Part shown: positions 19,896-30,666 of the stretch, one piece after another
Position numbering within the stretch: position 1 is the stretch's first letter
Layout of the letters: each line of letters starts with the position of its first letter
IMG/VR virus record: IMGVR_UViG_3300021962_005968
Coordinates: 491-64,490 of that record
DNA from: a virus
Lineage: Duplodnaviria > Caudoviricetes
DNA length: 64,000 bases
Strand: one strand, 5' to 3'
Made by a program: the position numbers and the translations under genes
Notes under the pieces: generated by a model
Told to the model about the DNA's origin: nothing
What the model saw: the letters and a program-made list of their open reading frames with translations, nothing else
Database searches by the model: none

Positions 19896-20280
19896 TGATT
19901 TATTTGATTTTGGATTTACAGCAGTAGAATCAGAAGAATCTATTGTAGAAAAACCGGTAGTTAATACTGCTCCAATGGTGGATGGATTATCTGCGGTTGA
20001 AAATAAAGTCTCTATTATATTAAATAAAATCGATTATCTAGAAGAGATAATCAAAGCAAGCGCGGGAGTTAATAATAATTTTGATATTGATGCATATAAA
20101 GCATTAGTAGAAAAGGATGTTAATGATAAACTCAAAAAGGTTGAAGCATTAATAATGCCATTATTTGCTAATTTATTAAAAAATCCAGATAAAGATTTTA
20201 TTAAATGGCCTAATAGAAAACCGATAATCGAAGCGCAAATTGCCAAATTATTAGCCATAACAAGGCCACCAGAAGGCTAA
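19867..20280 (+). CDS. Conserved phage hypothetical protein
   Basis: FDFGFTAV...NLLKNPDKDFIKWPNR. Confidence 0.65.
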   Translation: MTVKIPTEYNDLFDFGFTAVESEESIVEKPVVNTAPMVDGLSAVENKVSIILNKIDYLEEIIKASAGVNNNFDIDAYKALVEKDVNDKLKKVEALIMPLFANLLKNPDKDFIKWPNRKPIIEAQIAKLLAITRPPEG

Positions 20281-20287
20281 AAAGTGC

Positions 20288-20316
20288 TTGACCTTTGTGC
20301 CTAACGATGTTATAAT
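20288..20316 (+). promoter_or_regulatory. Sigma70-like early promoter
   Basis: (GC)TTGACC-17 nt-(TGT)TATAAT. Confidence 0.8.
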
Positions 20317-20337
20317 ATAGCATCAGCAAGGAAATTT

Positions 20338-22467
20338 ATGGCACTAGCAAACTCAAAATCAGTACTCGCAAAGCTACTCGCACAAGAGAACATCTCTGTC
20401 GAGCATCGCAAAACACAAACCGCATACTTTGATCCCAAGAATCGTGTTCTTGTTCTTCCAATATGGAAAGACATGAGCACCGATCTGTATGACTTACTTG
20501 TAGGTCACGAAGTAGGTCATGCTTGGGAAACACCCGCCGAAGGCTGGCACAATGCCCTTAATGGTCAAAAGCGAGGTTTCAAATCTTATCTTAACGTAGT
20601 CGAAGATGCACGTATTGAGCGTTGCATCAAGTCTCGCTATCCTGGTCTGCGTTCATGTTTTTATAAAGCATACAAAGATTTAGCAGACAAAGACTTCTTT
20701 GGTATTGCAGAACGAGAAATCTCAACACTTAATTTAATTGATCGTATCAATCTTCATTTTAAAATTGGTCCGTTTCTTGCGGTTCCGTTTAGCATTGAAG
20801 AACAATTCTATGTTAAACAAATTGAAAATCTTTTATCGTGGGATGATGTAGTTCGTATTGCTACAGAATTATATAATCGTCGTAAACAAGAATTGGAAGA
20901 AGAATATGAAGACAATCATGGCCGCTCGGCCCTCGGTGAAATTCAAGATTATGAGGATGGTGATGGTGATGAGTATGATATTGATTCTGAGTATGACTAC
21001 GCCAAAGATACAATGGCAGACGATGATGCCGGAGGCGTAGGTGCAGGTGGCGAACCCGACTTTGATCCTAAATCGTTAACAGATGAAGAATTCCGCAAGC
21101 GTGAATCTGAATTAGTATCCGATGAAATCAAACCATATCGTTATGCTACATTGCCAGTAATTAAAACTGAAAATTTTATTATTCCACATAAGAAACTTTA
21201 CTCTAAAACAGATTGGTCAATTATTGACGATGATTATAGTCAAACTGACCCATATTATGCAGATTATAATGTTCCTGCCGGTGATGCATTATATGCAGAA
21301 TATAAACAAACAAACTCTAAATTTATTCAATACCTTATAAAAGAATTTGAATTGAAGCGCAATGCTGCTCAATTTGCTAGAGCACACGTTTCTAAAACAG
21401 GCGAGCTTGATATTGATAAAGTATTTGGTTATAAATTTAAAACAGATTTATTCAAGCGTGTTACTGTTATCCCTGGTGGCAAGAATCATGGCATGGTAAT
21501 GTTTATTGATTGGTCAGGTTCAATGACTGATATTATTAAGCAAACAATTGAACAGACTTTGATACTTGCGGATTTCTGTAAGAAAGTAAATATCCCATTC
21601 CGAGTATTTGCTTTTTCAGACTCAAGCCAAAACGATAAAGAATTAGATTCTACTATTAGAAAAACTAAATATTCTCAACGTATTGGTGATTTATCTTTAG
21701 AAAATAATAGCACATTTATGCTTGAACTATTATCTAATACTATGACAAGTTCTCAATATCATTATGCTCAGAAACGATTATTGCAGATTGGTCATGTATT
21801 TGGTCGTGCTCATCGTAGGCATTATGTTCCTCATGGTTGGAATTTAAGCGGAACTCCTTTAAATGAGGCACTAGTATTTGCTAATTATTATATTCCAGAA
21901 TTTAAAGAAATGCATCGATTAGATATTGTCAATACAATTGTATTAACTGACGGTGAGGCAAATGAGACCGAAGAAATTATTGCAACAGATGGTCGTCGTA
22001 GACATATGAATTCAGTATATGGAATTGGTTGGAAAGGTAAAGCAAATACTGTTATTACAGATAAACAAACCGGTAAAACCGGTTTTGCTAAACCCGGTCA
22101 ACCGGTAACAGCAGCTCTTTTAGATTTATTGAAAAATAGAACTGGAACTAATTTAATTGGTTATTATATTCTAAATAGTCTTTCTAAATATCGAATTAAT
22201 GGTTTTATTATGGGGCAAGGATTAATCAATGAAGATACTCAAAATATTATCCATAAAATAAAGAAAGAAAAGTTTTATGCGATTAACTCTTATGTTTATG
22301 ATAAATATTTTCTGGTTAAATCAGATGATTTAAATATTAATGATGAAGAATTAAAAGTAAAATCAGATTCTTCTAAAAAGGATATTCTAAAATCATTCAT
22401 GCAAAGCCAAAGATCAAAGATCGTGAACCGTGTACTTTTGAACAAGTTTATTGCAGAAATTGCTTGA
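20338..22467 (+). CDS. CobT-like protein with N-terminal HExxH domain and C-terminal vWA/MIDAS domain
   Basis: HEVGH and NVVEDARIE, acidic linker, then IDWSGSM, GTPL and LTDGE. Confidence 0.85.
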   Translation: MALANSKSVLAKLLAQENISVEHRKTQTAYFDPKNRVLVLPIWKDMSTDLYDLLVGHEVGHAWETPAEGWHNALNGQKRGFKSYLNVVEDARIERCIKSRYPGLRSCFYKAYKDLADKDFFGIAEREISTLNLIDRINLHFKIGPFLAVPFSIEEQFYVKQIENLLSWDDVVRIATELYNRRKQELEEEYEDNHGRSALGEIQDYEDGDGDEYDIDSEYDYAKDTMADDDAGGVGAGGEPDFDPKSLTDEEFRKRESELVSDEIKPYRYATLPVIKTENFIIPHKKLYSKTDWSIIDDDYSQTDPYYADYNVPAGDALYAEYKQTNSKFIQYLIKEFELKRNAAQFARAHVSKTGELDIDKVFGYKFKTDLFKRVTVIPGGKNHGMVMFIDWSGSMTDIIKQTIEQTLILADFCKKVNIPFRVFAFSDSSQNDKELDSTIRKTKYSQRIGDLSLENNSTFMLELLSNTMTSSQYHYAQKRLLQIGHVFGRAHRRHYVPHGWNLSGTPLNEALVFANYYIPEFKEMHRLDIVNTIVLTDGEANETEEIIATDGRRRHMNSVYGIGWKGKANTVITDKQTGKTGFAKPGQPVTAALLDLLKNRTGTNLIGYYILNSLSKYRINGFIMGQGLINEDTQNIIHKIKKEKFYAINSYVYDKYFLVKSDDLNINDEELKVKSDSSKKDILKSFMQSQRSKIVNRVLLNKFIAEIA

Positions 22468-22492
22468 CATCAAACGAAAACGGTGTTATAAT
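22464..22492 (+). promoter_or_regulatory. Sigma70-like early promoter
   Basis: (GC)TTGACA-17 nt-(TGT)TATAAT. Confidence 0.8.
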
Positions 22493-22524
22493 TAATTGTT
22501 GAACAAACATTTTAGGACTATATT

Positions 22525-23700
22525 ATGAATTCTACTGACATCCAAAAGAAACAGCTTGTATCCGATTTGATTCAAGCATTCGGCAAAACAGCATCACGCA
22601 AAGATGTAATTGCATTCGTTAAGCAAAAAGACTTGAAGATGCCTAATTGGCTAATCAACGGTGCGGTATATCGAGCAGCTCGTGGTCTAATTAATCTTGA
22701 CGCATTTGGCAGTGATAAAGTGAACAACATCCCAGCAATCCCACAACCTCAGATTCAAGATGTTCCTGCATTACAAGCTCAGGTTGTACAACTCCGACAA
22801 AAACGTATGGTATCAGAAGTAGAAGATTTGGTTCCCGTTAAAGACACAAATTATGTACCATTTGGTTTTTACAAAGACTTAGAATCAATTATTAAATCTA
22901 AAGTATTTTATCCTGTATTCGTTACTGGTCTTACCGGTAACGGTAAAACTACAATGGTAGAACAGGTTTGTTCTAAATTGAAACGTGAGTGTGTTCGTGT
23001 TAATGTATCAATCGAGACTGATGAGGATGACCTTGTAGGTGGTTCTACATTGATTGACGGTAACGTAACATTCCGTGAAGGTCCCGTTATTCTAGCTATG
23101 CGACGTGGCGCTGTTTTGTTGATTGACGAAATTGATCGTGGTTCAAATAAGTTGATGTGTATTCAGGGTATTCTTGAAGGCAAGCCATACTTCAATAAAA
23201 AGAATGGTGATGTAATTCATCCTGCTCCTGGTTTCACAGTAATTGCTACAGCAAACACTAAAGGTCAAGGTTCTGATAGCGGCAAGTATATTGCAGCACA
23301 AATTCTTGACGAAGCGTTCTTAGAGCGTTTCCCAATTACAGTTGAACAAGAATATCCGTCAGCTAAAGTTGAGCGCACAATTATTATGAATAATATGGAA
23401 CAGCATAGTTGTGTGGATGAAGAGTTTGCGGACAAGCTTGTAACATGGGCTGAGGTTATTCGTAAGACATATCTTGAAGATGCGGTTGATGAATTGATTT
23501 CTACTCGACGGCTTGTTCATATTGTGAAGGCATTCTCAATGTTCAAAGACCGTCAAAAGGCAATTGAACTTTGTATTAATCGTTTCGATTCAGATACAAA
23601 GAATGCGTTCTTAGACTTATACAAAAAAATGGAATCGCCTGTAGAAGAACCAGTTGCACCGATTCAAGAACAGATTGTAGATGACGAGATTCCATTCTAA
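22525..23700 (+). CDS. CobS/MoxR-like AAA+ ATPase
   Basis: Motifs GLTGNGKT, LLIDEID, ATANTKG and LDEAFLERF. Confidence 0.92.
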   Translation: MNSTDIQKKQLVSDLIQAFGKTASRKDVIAFVKQKDLKMPNWLINGAVYRAARGLINLDAFGSDKVNNIPAIPQPQIQDVPALQAQVVQLRQKRMVSEVEDLVPVKDTNYVPFGFYKDLESIIKSKVFYPVFVTGLTGNGKTTMVEQVCSKLKRECVRVNVSIETDEDDLVGGSTLIDGNVTFREGPVILAMRRGAVLLIDEIDRGSNKLMCIQGILEGKPYFNKKNGDVIHPAPGFTVIATANTKGQGSDSGKYIAAQILDEAFLERFPITVEQEYPSAKVERTIIMNNMEQHSCVDEEFADKLVTWAEVIRKTYLEDAVDELISTRRLVHIVKAFSMFKDRQKAIELCINRFDSDTKNAFLDLYKKMESPVEEPVAPIQEQIVDDEIPF

Positions 23701-23719
23701 TACATTATTAATTTAACCG

Positions 23720-23744
23720 AAGGGCGCATTTACTGTGCCCTTTA
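23720..23744 (+). terminator. Probable terminator after the AAA ATPase
   Basis: AAGGGCGCA-TTTAC-TGTGCCCTTT hairpin. Confidence 0.6.
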
Positions 23745-23756
23745 CCTACGTAAGCA

Positions 23757-23764
23757 TATAAATA
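23757..23764 (+). promoter_or_regulatory. T4-type late promoter heading the glycan island
   Basis: TATAAATA just after the terminator and before gmd. Confidence 0.75.
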
Positions 23765-23799
23765 AAAAGTATATTATAAATTCATTATAGGGATTGAAA

Positions 23800-24807
23800 A
23801 TGAAAACAGCACTAATTACTGGCATCACAGGCCAGGACGGGTCTTATCTAGCAGAACTGTTACTTGAAAAAGGTTACATGGTTCATGGCATTATTAGACG
23901 TAGCTCGTCAATCAACACAGGTCGTATTGACCACATCTACAGTCACCCCAATTTAAAATTACATTATGGCGATGTTACTGATTCTTTATCTTTGATGAAC
24001 GTATTGAAAAAATACGAACCAGACGAGATTTATAATCTAGCAGCGCAAAGTCATGTTAAAGTTTCTTTTGAGACCCCCGAATATACCGCAATGGTTGACG
24101 CTCTAGGAACTTTGAAAATTTTAGAATCGGTTAGACTGTTAAACCTAGAACATAAAACAAAAATTTATCAAGCATCTACATCTGAGCTTTATGGTCTAGT
24201 TCAAGAAATTCCACAAAAAGAAACAACACCTTTTTACCCTCGTTCACCATACGGGGTAGCTAAATTGTATGGATACTGGATTGTTAAAAACTATCGAGAG
24301 TCATATAATATGTTTGCTTGTTCTGGAATTTTATTTAATCACGAATCACCACGTCGTGGACATAATTTTGTAACAAAGAAAATTGTCAATGGTTTAGAGG
24401 CAATTAGCTCTGGTCGTCAAGAGTGTTTGTATTTGGGTAATCTAAATGCTAAACGCGATTGGGGACACGCAAAGGATTATGTTAAAGCAATGTGGTTAAT
24501 GTTGCAACAAGATACTCCGGATGACTATGTTATTTCTACAGGTGAGCAGTATTCAGTAAAAGAGTTTGTAGAAAAATGTTCGCCATATTATCACTTACCC
24601 ATTCGTTGGGAAGGTGAAGGCCTTGATGAAGTAGGTATTAATACACTTACTAACAAAGTAGTTATTCGAGTAGATCCGAAATACTTCCGCCCCGCAGAAG
24701 TAGAAACATTATTGGGAGATTCATCTAAGGCTAGGAGTGTGCTCGGTTGGGTACCTGAGTACTCTTTTGATGCTTTGGTTGATGATATGTGTACTAATTT
24801 TGAGTGA
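23800..24807 (+). CDS. gmd: GDP-mannose 4,6-dehydratase
   Basis: Motifs [29 protein letters not shown] and RDWGHA. Confidence 0.97.
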   Translation: MKTALITGITGQDGSYLAELLLEKGYMVHGIIRRSSSINTGRIDHIYSHPNLKLHYGDVTDSLSLMNVLKKYEPDEIYNLAAQSHVKVSFETPEYTAMVDALGTLKILESVRLLNLEHKTKIYQASTSELYGLVQEIPQKETTPFYPRSPYGVAKLYGYWIVKNYRESYNMFACSGILFNHESPRRGHNFVTKKIVNGLEAISSGRQECLYLGNLNAKRDWGHAKDYVKAMWLMLQQDTPDDYVISTGEQYSVKEFVEKCSPYYHLPIRWEGEGLDEVGINTLTNKVVIRVDPKYFRPAEVETLLGDSSKARSVLGWVPEYSFDALVDDMCTNFE

Positions 24808-24815
24808 GAACAAAA

Positions 24816-25751
24816 ATGGAGAAAAACAGTAAAATATTTGTAGCAGGTCATCGTGGACTAGTTGGTTCTTCGATTGTGCGAAAACTAAAACAAGAAGGTT
24901 ATACTAACCTTATTCTTCGTACGAGACAAGAATTGGATCTACGAGATCAACGGGCAGTTAAAAACTTCTTTAGCACGGAAAGACCAGATTATGTCTTTTT
25001 AGCTGCTGCTAAAGTTGGCGGTATTAATTATAATGCAACTCATCCTGCAGAGTTTATTTATGATAACCTTGCTATTCAGACTAACGTAATTGATGCAGCA
25101 TATAGAAACAATTGTAGTAAATTGTTGTTCTTGGGTTCAGCCTGCATTTATCCTAAGGTTACACCGCAACCGATTAAAGAGGAATACTTGTTAACAGCAC
25201 CGTTGGAGCCATCGAATGAAGGTTACGCATTAGCTAAAATTACAGGTATGCGTATGTGCGAATATTACAGACGTCAATATGGCTTCAACGCTATTAGTTT
25301 GATGCCTGCAAATTTGTATGGACCGCATGACAATTTTATTCCTGAGCAAGGTCACGTTATCCCCGGTATCATTACTAAGTTCTTTAACGCAATGAAGAAC
25401 AATGAAGATAGTATTTTGTGCTGGGGCGATGGATCACCTACACGAGAATTTTTATATGTAGATGATTTAGCTGATGCTTGTTTGTTCCTGATGAATAATT
25501 ACGATCAAGCTGAATTTATTAATGTAGGCAGTGACGTTGAAATTCCTATTAAAGAACTTTCAGAGTTAATTAAAGATGCTGTTGGTTTCAAGGGTGAAAT
25601 TAAGTGGGATACGACCCTACCTAATGGCACACCTAGACGCAAAATGGAAAACACAAGATTGTTTGACATGGGATGGAAACCAAAGGTATCCTTTGAGGAA
25701 GGACTCAAGCGTACGATTGATTGGTATAAAACAGAAAAAGGTATACTATGA
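24816..25751 (+). CDS. fcl: GDP-L-fucose synthase (or ColC-type reductase)
   Basis: Motifs VAGHRGLVGS, AAAKVGGI, LGSACIYP and YALAK. Confidence 0.93.
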   Translation: MEKNSKIFVAGHRGLVGSSIVRKLKQEGYTNLILRTRQELDLRDQRAVKNFFSTERPDYVFLAAAKVGGINYNATHPAEFIYDNLAIQTNVIDAAYRNNCSKLLFLGSACIYPKVTPQPIKEEYLLTAPLEPSNEGYALAKITGMRMCEYYRRQYGFNAISLMPANLYGPHDNFIPEQGHVIPGIITKFFNAMKNNEDSILCWGDGSPTREFLYVDDLADACLFLMNNYDQAEFINVGSDVEIPIKELSELIKDAVGFKGEIKWDTTLPNGTPRRKMENTRLFDMGWKPKVSFEEGLKRTIDWYKTEKGIL

Positions 25752-26917
25752 GATGGCCGTTGATGGGTGAGACAATCACCTTTATGGACAGATTGAAGAT
25801 GGCGCATTTTGCGCTGACAGCTAAGAAATTCACGTTCGGCGAAAAGGTAAAACAATTCGAAAACGAATGGAGTGAATGGCTTGGTGCGAAACATTCTTTA
25901 TATGTTTCTAGCGGAAGTACTGCAAACTTCTTATTAGTTGCGGCAGTTAAAGAGTTATACAAATTAAAAGCGGGCGACAAAGTATTAGTTCCTGCTTGCA
26001 CTTGGATGACGAATGTTGCACCTATTATGCAGCTTGGTCTTGAACCAGTATTTTGCGATGTTAATCTAGATAATTTTAGTTTTGATCTCGAAGAAGCTAG
26101 ATTGATTGCGTTGAAGCATGATATTAAAATGGTATTCATTACTCATTTGTTGGGCTTCTCTGCAAACAATGAAGGTATTAAACGCATCTTCCCAAGAGCA
26201 ATTATATTAGATGACATCTGCGAATCACATGGTTGCAAAACACCATATGGTGAAAAACGTGGTTCAAATAGTTTAGGCGCAACATTCAGTTTCTATTTTG
26301 GACATCATATGTCTACAGTAGAAGGTGGAATGATTTCTACAAATAATACTAAGCTTTATGACTTGATGAAAGTTAAACGAAGCCATGGTATGGCAAGAGA
26401 ATCAATTAAATTTGATGAGTATGCTAAAAAATATCCCGAAGTAGATAAACAATTCTTGTTTGTTACTGATGGATACAACTTTAGAAATCATGAGATTTGT
26501 GCTGTACTAGGTATCTCACAATTGAAGCGTTTGGACAAAATGGTTGAGATTCGAAATAGAAATCACAAACTATTTACAGAAATTATTGACAAATATCCTA
26601 ATCTGTTTTATAATATTAAAAATCCCAAAACAATTAGCAGCTTCTGTTTTCCTTTTATCTGCAGATCAAACGAGATCATGCTAGCTATGAAGGATACATT
26701 CACTAAACACAATATTGAATACAGACCAGTTGTTGCGGGCAATTTATTGTCACAACCTTTCCTTAAAGATTATAAAATAGAAACGACTAAGAAAAAAACC
26801 AATGCTGACATTATTCAGACACAAGGTGTTTATATCGGTAACAATCATTTTGTTACTGAATCAGACATGAAATTTTTAGATAAAGTAGTAGGAGAAATTA
26901 ATGACCAATTTAGGTGA
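25748..26917 (+). CDS. PLP-dependent GDP-4-keto-6-deoxymannose 3-dehydratase (ColD-like)
   Basis: DegT/DnrJ fold with His in place of the catalytic Lys (FSFYFGHHMST). No WGRxCxC Fe-S motif. Follows gmd/fcl. Confidence 0.8.
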   Translation: MRWPLMGETITFMDRLKMAHFALTAKKFTFGEKVKQFENEWSEWLGAKHSLYVSSGSTANFLLVAAVKELYKLKAGDKVLVPACTWMTNVAPIMQLGLEPVFCDVNLDNFSFDLEEARLIALKHDIKMVFITHLLGFSANNEGIKRIFPRAIILDDICESHGCKTPYGEKRGSNSLGATFSFYFGHHMSTVEGGMISTNNTKLYDLMKVKRSHGMARESIKFDEYAKKYPEVDKQFLFVTDGYNFRNHEICAVLGISQLKRLDKMVEIRNRNHKLFTEIIDKYPNLFYNIKNPKTISSFCFPFICRSNEIMLAMKDTFTKHNIEYRPVVAGNLLSQPFLKDYKIETTKKKTNADIIQTQGVYIGNNHFVTESDMKFLDKVVGEINDQFR

Positions 26918-27260
26918 AAGCATTGAGGAAGTTATCAAAAGAACAGTTAACGATGTTTTAGATAATGCTAAAGACTTTGGTATGCCAGATTCTAATTATA
27001 TCGCAACTGACAATCTAGGTGAGATTGTTGAGAAGCTTGCTATCATTCATATTAGAATGTGGATGCTTGAAGATGCATTTCAAACTGCAAAATCAGATGA
27101 AGAGATGGCTGATCTAAAACGCAAAGTTGATATTTGCTTCAAGGTTAAGCGTCCTAAGTATGTTCAAGCTATTAACTTGCTAGTTGATGATGCTATTAAA
27201 AATGAAAAATCTTTGAGAGAAGATTCTGTTAAATTGTATAAAGGTATTGATAATGTCTAA
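26901..27260 (+). CDS. Small helical protein associated with sugar clusters (DUF4254-like)
   Basis: LGEIVEKLAIIHIRMWMLED. Confidence 0.5.
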   Translation: MTNLGESIEEVIKRTVNDVLDNAKDFGMPDSNYIATDNLGEIVEKLAIIHIRMWMLEDAFQTAKSDEEMADLKRKVDICFKVKRPKYVQAINLLVDDAIKNEKSLREDSVKLYKGIDNV

Positions 27261-28167
27261 AATTGTTTTCTTTAATCATTATCACAAAGGTGATCTACAT
27301 ACGCATAAAGAATTTATTCGTCACATTCAATCACAATTACCAGAATTCACATTCGAATATCTGCATAAAAATGCAGAAAAGTTAACTGCAGAATTAGGTA
27401 TTCCTTTAATGGGGTCGCCCGATAATTTAGATAATAAGACTCCATTCTATCAGGATGAGGATACCTTGTTTGTTAATACTTGGGTTGGATGTAACTGGGA
27501 TGTGTTCTGTAAGTATGGCGGTATTAATATGAATACTATCTACGAAGAATGGGAAGGCATTGTAGATACAATTAATGAGACATTCGGTACTTCTGTTAAA
27601 TTACATAAAGATAAAGAAGATTATTTGCCTCGTATCAGCTACAATGCTTTAAGTATTGCAGGTGTAGATCAATATGTTAATTCTACAATTGGTGTTCGAA
27701 AAGTATTAGTCTGTAATAATGTACCTCAATCTAATCAATCATTCTCTTCAGATATGAGGGAACACATTTTGCCATTTGCTGAAATGTACCCTGAAACACA
27801 TTTTATCTGCACTAATAAGTTTGATACTGAAGGTGCTAAAAATATTTTATTCACCGGTGATGTTGTAGGTCCTGTTACCGATGGAGATCTACAGGAGATT
27901 TCTTATCTAAGTACATACTGCGATGTTATTGTTGGTAAGAACTCTGGCCCTTATGTATTCTGCGAGACTTATGATAATTATATGGATGACACAAAAACAT
28001 TTGTATCATTTAATACTAAGCATCCAGATTATGAAGACGTTCATGAGACAATGTCAAAAGATTTGAAGATCAACTGTAAGTATCATGCAGTCCCAATCTT
28101 TAGCAATTCGTTGACTGACAAAGATCACGAAAACATTATGTCTGTATTGAATGAGGCATTTGCATGA
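27253..28167 (+). CDS. Hypothetical glycosyltransferase-like protein
   Basis: HKGD N-terminal motif and DVIVGKNSGP (GT9-like GxxSGP). Island context. Confidence 0.5.
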   Translation: MSKIVFFNHYHKGDLHTHKEFIRHIQSQLPEFTFEYLHKNAEKLTAELGIPLMGSPDNLDNKTPFYQDEDTLFVNTWVGCNWDVFCKYGGINMNTIYEEWEGIVDTINETFGTSVKLHKDKEDYLPRISYNALSIAGVDQYVNSTIGVRKVLVCNNVPQSNQSFSSDMREHILPFAEMYPETHFICTNKFDTEGAKNILFTGDVVGPVTDGDLQEISYLSTYCDVIVGKNSGPYVFCETYDNYMDDTKTFVSFNTKHPDYEDVHETMSKDLKINCKYHAVPIFSNSLTDKDHENIMSVLNEAFA

Positions 28168-29039
28168 AGCCACTGAGAATAGCATTTGCAGATACACATG
28201 AACATCTTGCAACGTTCTTCATCTATCTTCTTCAGACTAGGTATGAAGTAGATATTGTAGGCATGCTTGATTCTCCGGACTTTTTATTGTTCGGAGATGA
28301 TAACTTTGGTCGCAATAATTTAAATATTACCAGAGATCAATGCACTAAGATATTTTTCACAGGTGAAAATCGTAGACCTGAGAATTTTGATTGTGATTAT
28401 GCTATTAGTTTTGACCATACGTTTGAACCATGGCATTACAGGTTGCCATTGTATGTAATTTATATGTGGGCATTAGAACACATTCATGAAACAAGATTCG
28501 ATTTCAACTATATCTTTAATCCTGAGATTAAAAAGAAAACAGACTTTTGTACGTTTGTAGTATCAAATCCTAATTGCACTGAGCGTAATGAGTTCTTCCA
28601 AAAGCTAAATGCTATTAAACGAGTAGATAGTGGTGGCAAATTGTTTAACAACATCAATGTCAATTTAACAGGCGAAGAGAGCAAAATAGATTTCCTTTCA
28701 ACAAGAAAATTTAATATTTGTTTTGAACACACTTCACATCCTGGTTATACTACGGAGAAAATTCTTCACGCATTCTATGCAGGAACTGTTCCAATTTATT
28801 GGGGATCTGAAACTATTGCAAATGATTTTAATCCTGCCGCATTCATAAATGTACACGATTTCAATAGCCAGGAAGAGGCTATTGCACATATAATGAAGGT
28901 TGATCAAGATGACGAACTATATGCATCTTATGTTAATGCTCCAAAATTTTTAAACGGAATCCCTCCGTCATTTGTAATATTGGACAACTTCCTTAATTGG
29001 TTTGATGCTATAGTTTATAATAAAATTTTAAAACGATGA
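28164..29039 (+). CDS. Alpha-1,3-fucosyltransferase (GT10)
   Basis: FTGEN, plus KFNICFEHT..GYTTEKILHAFYAGTVPIYWG, the alpha-1,3-FucT motif. Confidence 0.88.
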   Translation: MKPLRIAFADTHEHLATFFIYLLQTRYEVDIVGMLDSPDFLLFGDDNFGRNNLNITRDQCTKIFFTGENRRPENFDCDYAISFDHTFEPWHYRLPLYVIYMWALEHIHETRFDFNYIFNPEIKKKTDFCTFVVSNPNCTERNEFFQKLNAIKRVDSGGKLFNNINVNLTGEESKIDFLSTRKFNICFEHTSHPGYTTEKILHAFYAGTVPIYWGSETIANDFNPAAFINVHDFNSQEEAIAHIMKVDQDDELYASYVNAPKFLNGIPPSFVILDNFLNWFDAIVYNKILKR

Positions 29040-29746
29040 AAATACAAACATTTATCTTTAACTGGTGTGGTCAGTATGAGAAGACAAAAGAAAAGCAAAA
29101 GCAACTGAGTGCCATTGGGGTTGTGCCTGTCGTTATTAATAGTGACGACACTCACCGTGAGGACGATCCTAATTGGCACAACATTGGCGAGGACAGTTAC
29201 TTTACAGCACAATTTTTAAAAGCAATTGAGTTGTTTGATGCGGATGTAATGTTCCACATTCAGGCAGATGCATCATATGATAATTGGACTGAAATTTATG
29301 CAGGTGCTGAAGAATGTTTCGATACTTATAATTGGGGAATATATGCCCCTAATGTAGATTATACATGGTATAATTCTGACAGAACAGACCTCAAATCGTT
29401 TGAATTGGATGAACCTCATTTTAGAATGGTTGCTAATCCAGATTGCACTTGTTGGTTCATTCATAAAGATATTATAAATGAGGCAAAGAATAGGGGTGTA
29501 GATTTTGCACCATACCAAATGGGATGGAGTTTTGATATTGTTTATACTGCTTTAGGATATATTAATAAAAGACCAGTTATCCGAGATTACCGATATACTA
29601 TTGACCATCCGCCCGGAACCAATTATAATAAGGCTCAAGCTGAAAAAGAGATGTATACGTTATATGCATCTTTGCCTACAGATATTCAGCAAGCATTCAG
29701 AAGTATTAAACAAGATAAAGAACAATTAGGAAAATATTACGCATGA
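29036..29746 (+). CDS. Hypothetical GT-A-like protein
   Basis: FHIQADAS. Island context. Confidence 0.45.
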   Translation: MKIQTFIFNWCGQYEKTKEKQKQLSAIGVVPVVINSDDTHREDDPNWHNIGEDSYFTAQFLKAIELFDADVMFHIQADASYDNWTEIYAGAEECFDTYNWGIYAPNVDYTWYNSDRTDLKSFELDEPHFRMVANPDCTCWFIHKDIINEAKNRGVDFAPYQMGWSFDIVYTALGYINKRPVIRDYRYTIDHPPGTNYNKAQAEKEMYTLYASLPTDIQQAFRSIKQDKEQLGKYYA

Positions 29747-30666
29747 CACATAACTTCTTTCAATTAAATGAACTAATAGGTGATTTGCTTAAAGCAAATG
29801 AACCGTTTTCGTTATTGCGTATTGATAATACAATGGGATACGTATTAGATTCTTTGCAGAAAAATACTACTCCTGTTAGAGAATTTTTCAATGAGAATGC
29901 TTTAATTGAGGGTGGCATATATCCTAATAATATGGATTATGCATATGATGTTGTTATACCAAAAACATTAGAAGCAATGACCTATTGCGATATTCTTGGG
30001 TTTGTTGACCTATCAGGTGAAATACAACGTAATACAGAATTTATTAATTTATTTGGTGAGAAGCCTAAGTTCTATGGGCATGATAGTATATTAGTTCTTG
30101 ATCCATGTGCATTGTTAAATGTGGATGGTATTCATGAATTAGAGAATCCTTGGCCTACATATTTGAGGGGTAAAAAGGTATTAGTTGTTTCTACCCATGC
30201 GGAAACAATTAAACATCAATGGAAAAACATAGATAGCATCTGGGGCTGGAATAAACACCGGGTTGTTCCTTTTGAATTGGTGGATGTTATTAAATCCCCA
30301 TACCATCCTATTATGGATCCTAATCAATATCCTGGATGTAATACGTGGGAAGATACTGTTGAATATATAAAAGCAAAGATTGATACATATGACTACGATG
30401 TATTAATTGCAGGATCATCAACGTCTTCTCCTATGTATGCAGAACATGCTAAACAACAAGGCAAAATAGGAATACAAACTGGCGGCGTGCATCAGTTGTT
30501 CTTTGGTATTCTAGGATATCGTTGGTCACCTGAAGCAAACAACGGTTATAGACCTTGGGCAAAATTATACAATGAGCATTGGATGTATCCTATGCAAATA
30601 GATGAACCCATGAACAGAGACAAATATAACTCTTTAGAAACTAACTACGCATACTGGAAAAAATGA
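29743..30666 (+). CDS. Hypothetical glycosyltransferase-like protein (GT-D-like)
   Basis: PFSLLRID, GKKVLVVS, DYDVLIAG and QLFFGILG. Island context. Confidence 0.5.
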   Translation: MTHNFFQLNELIGDLLKANEPFSLLRIDNTMGYVLDSLQKNTTPVREFFNENALIEGGIYPNNMDYAYDVVIPKTLEAMTYCDILGFVDLSGEIQRNTEFINLFGEKPKFYGHDSILVLDPCALLNVDGIHELENPWPTYLRGKKVLVVSTHAETIKHQWKNIDSIWGWNKHRVVPFELVDVIKSPYHPIMDPNQYPGCNTWEDTVEYIKAKIDTYDYDVLIAGSSTSSPMYAEHAKQQGKIGIQTGGVHQLFFGILGYRWSPEANNGYRPWAKLYNEHWMYPMQIDEPMNRDKYNSLETNYAYWKK

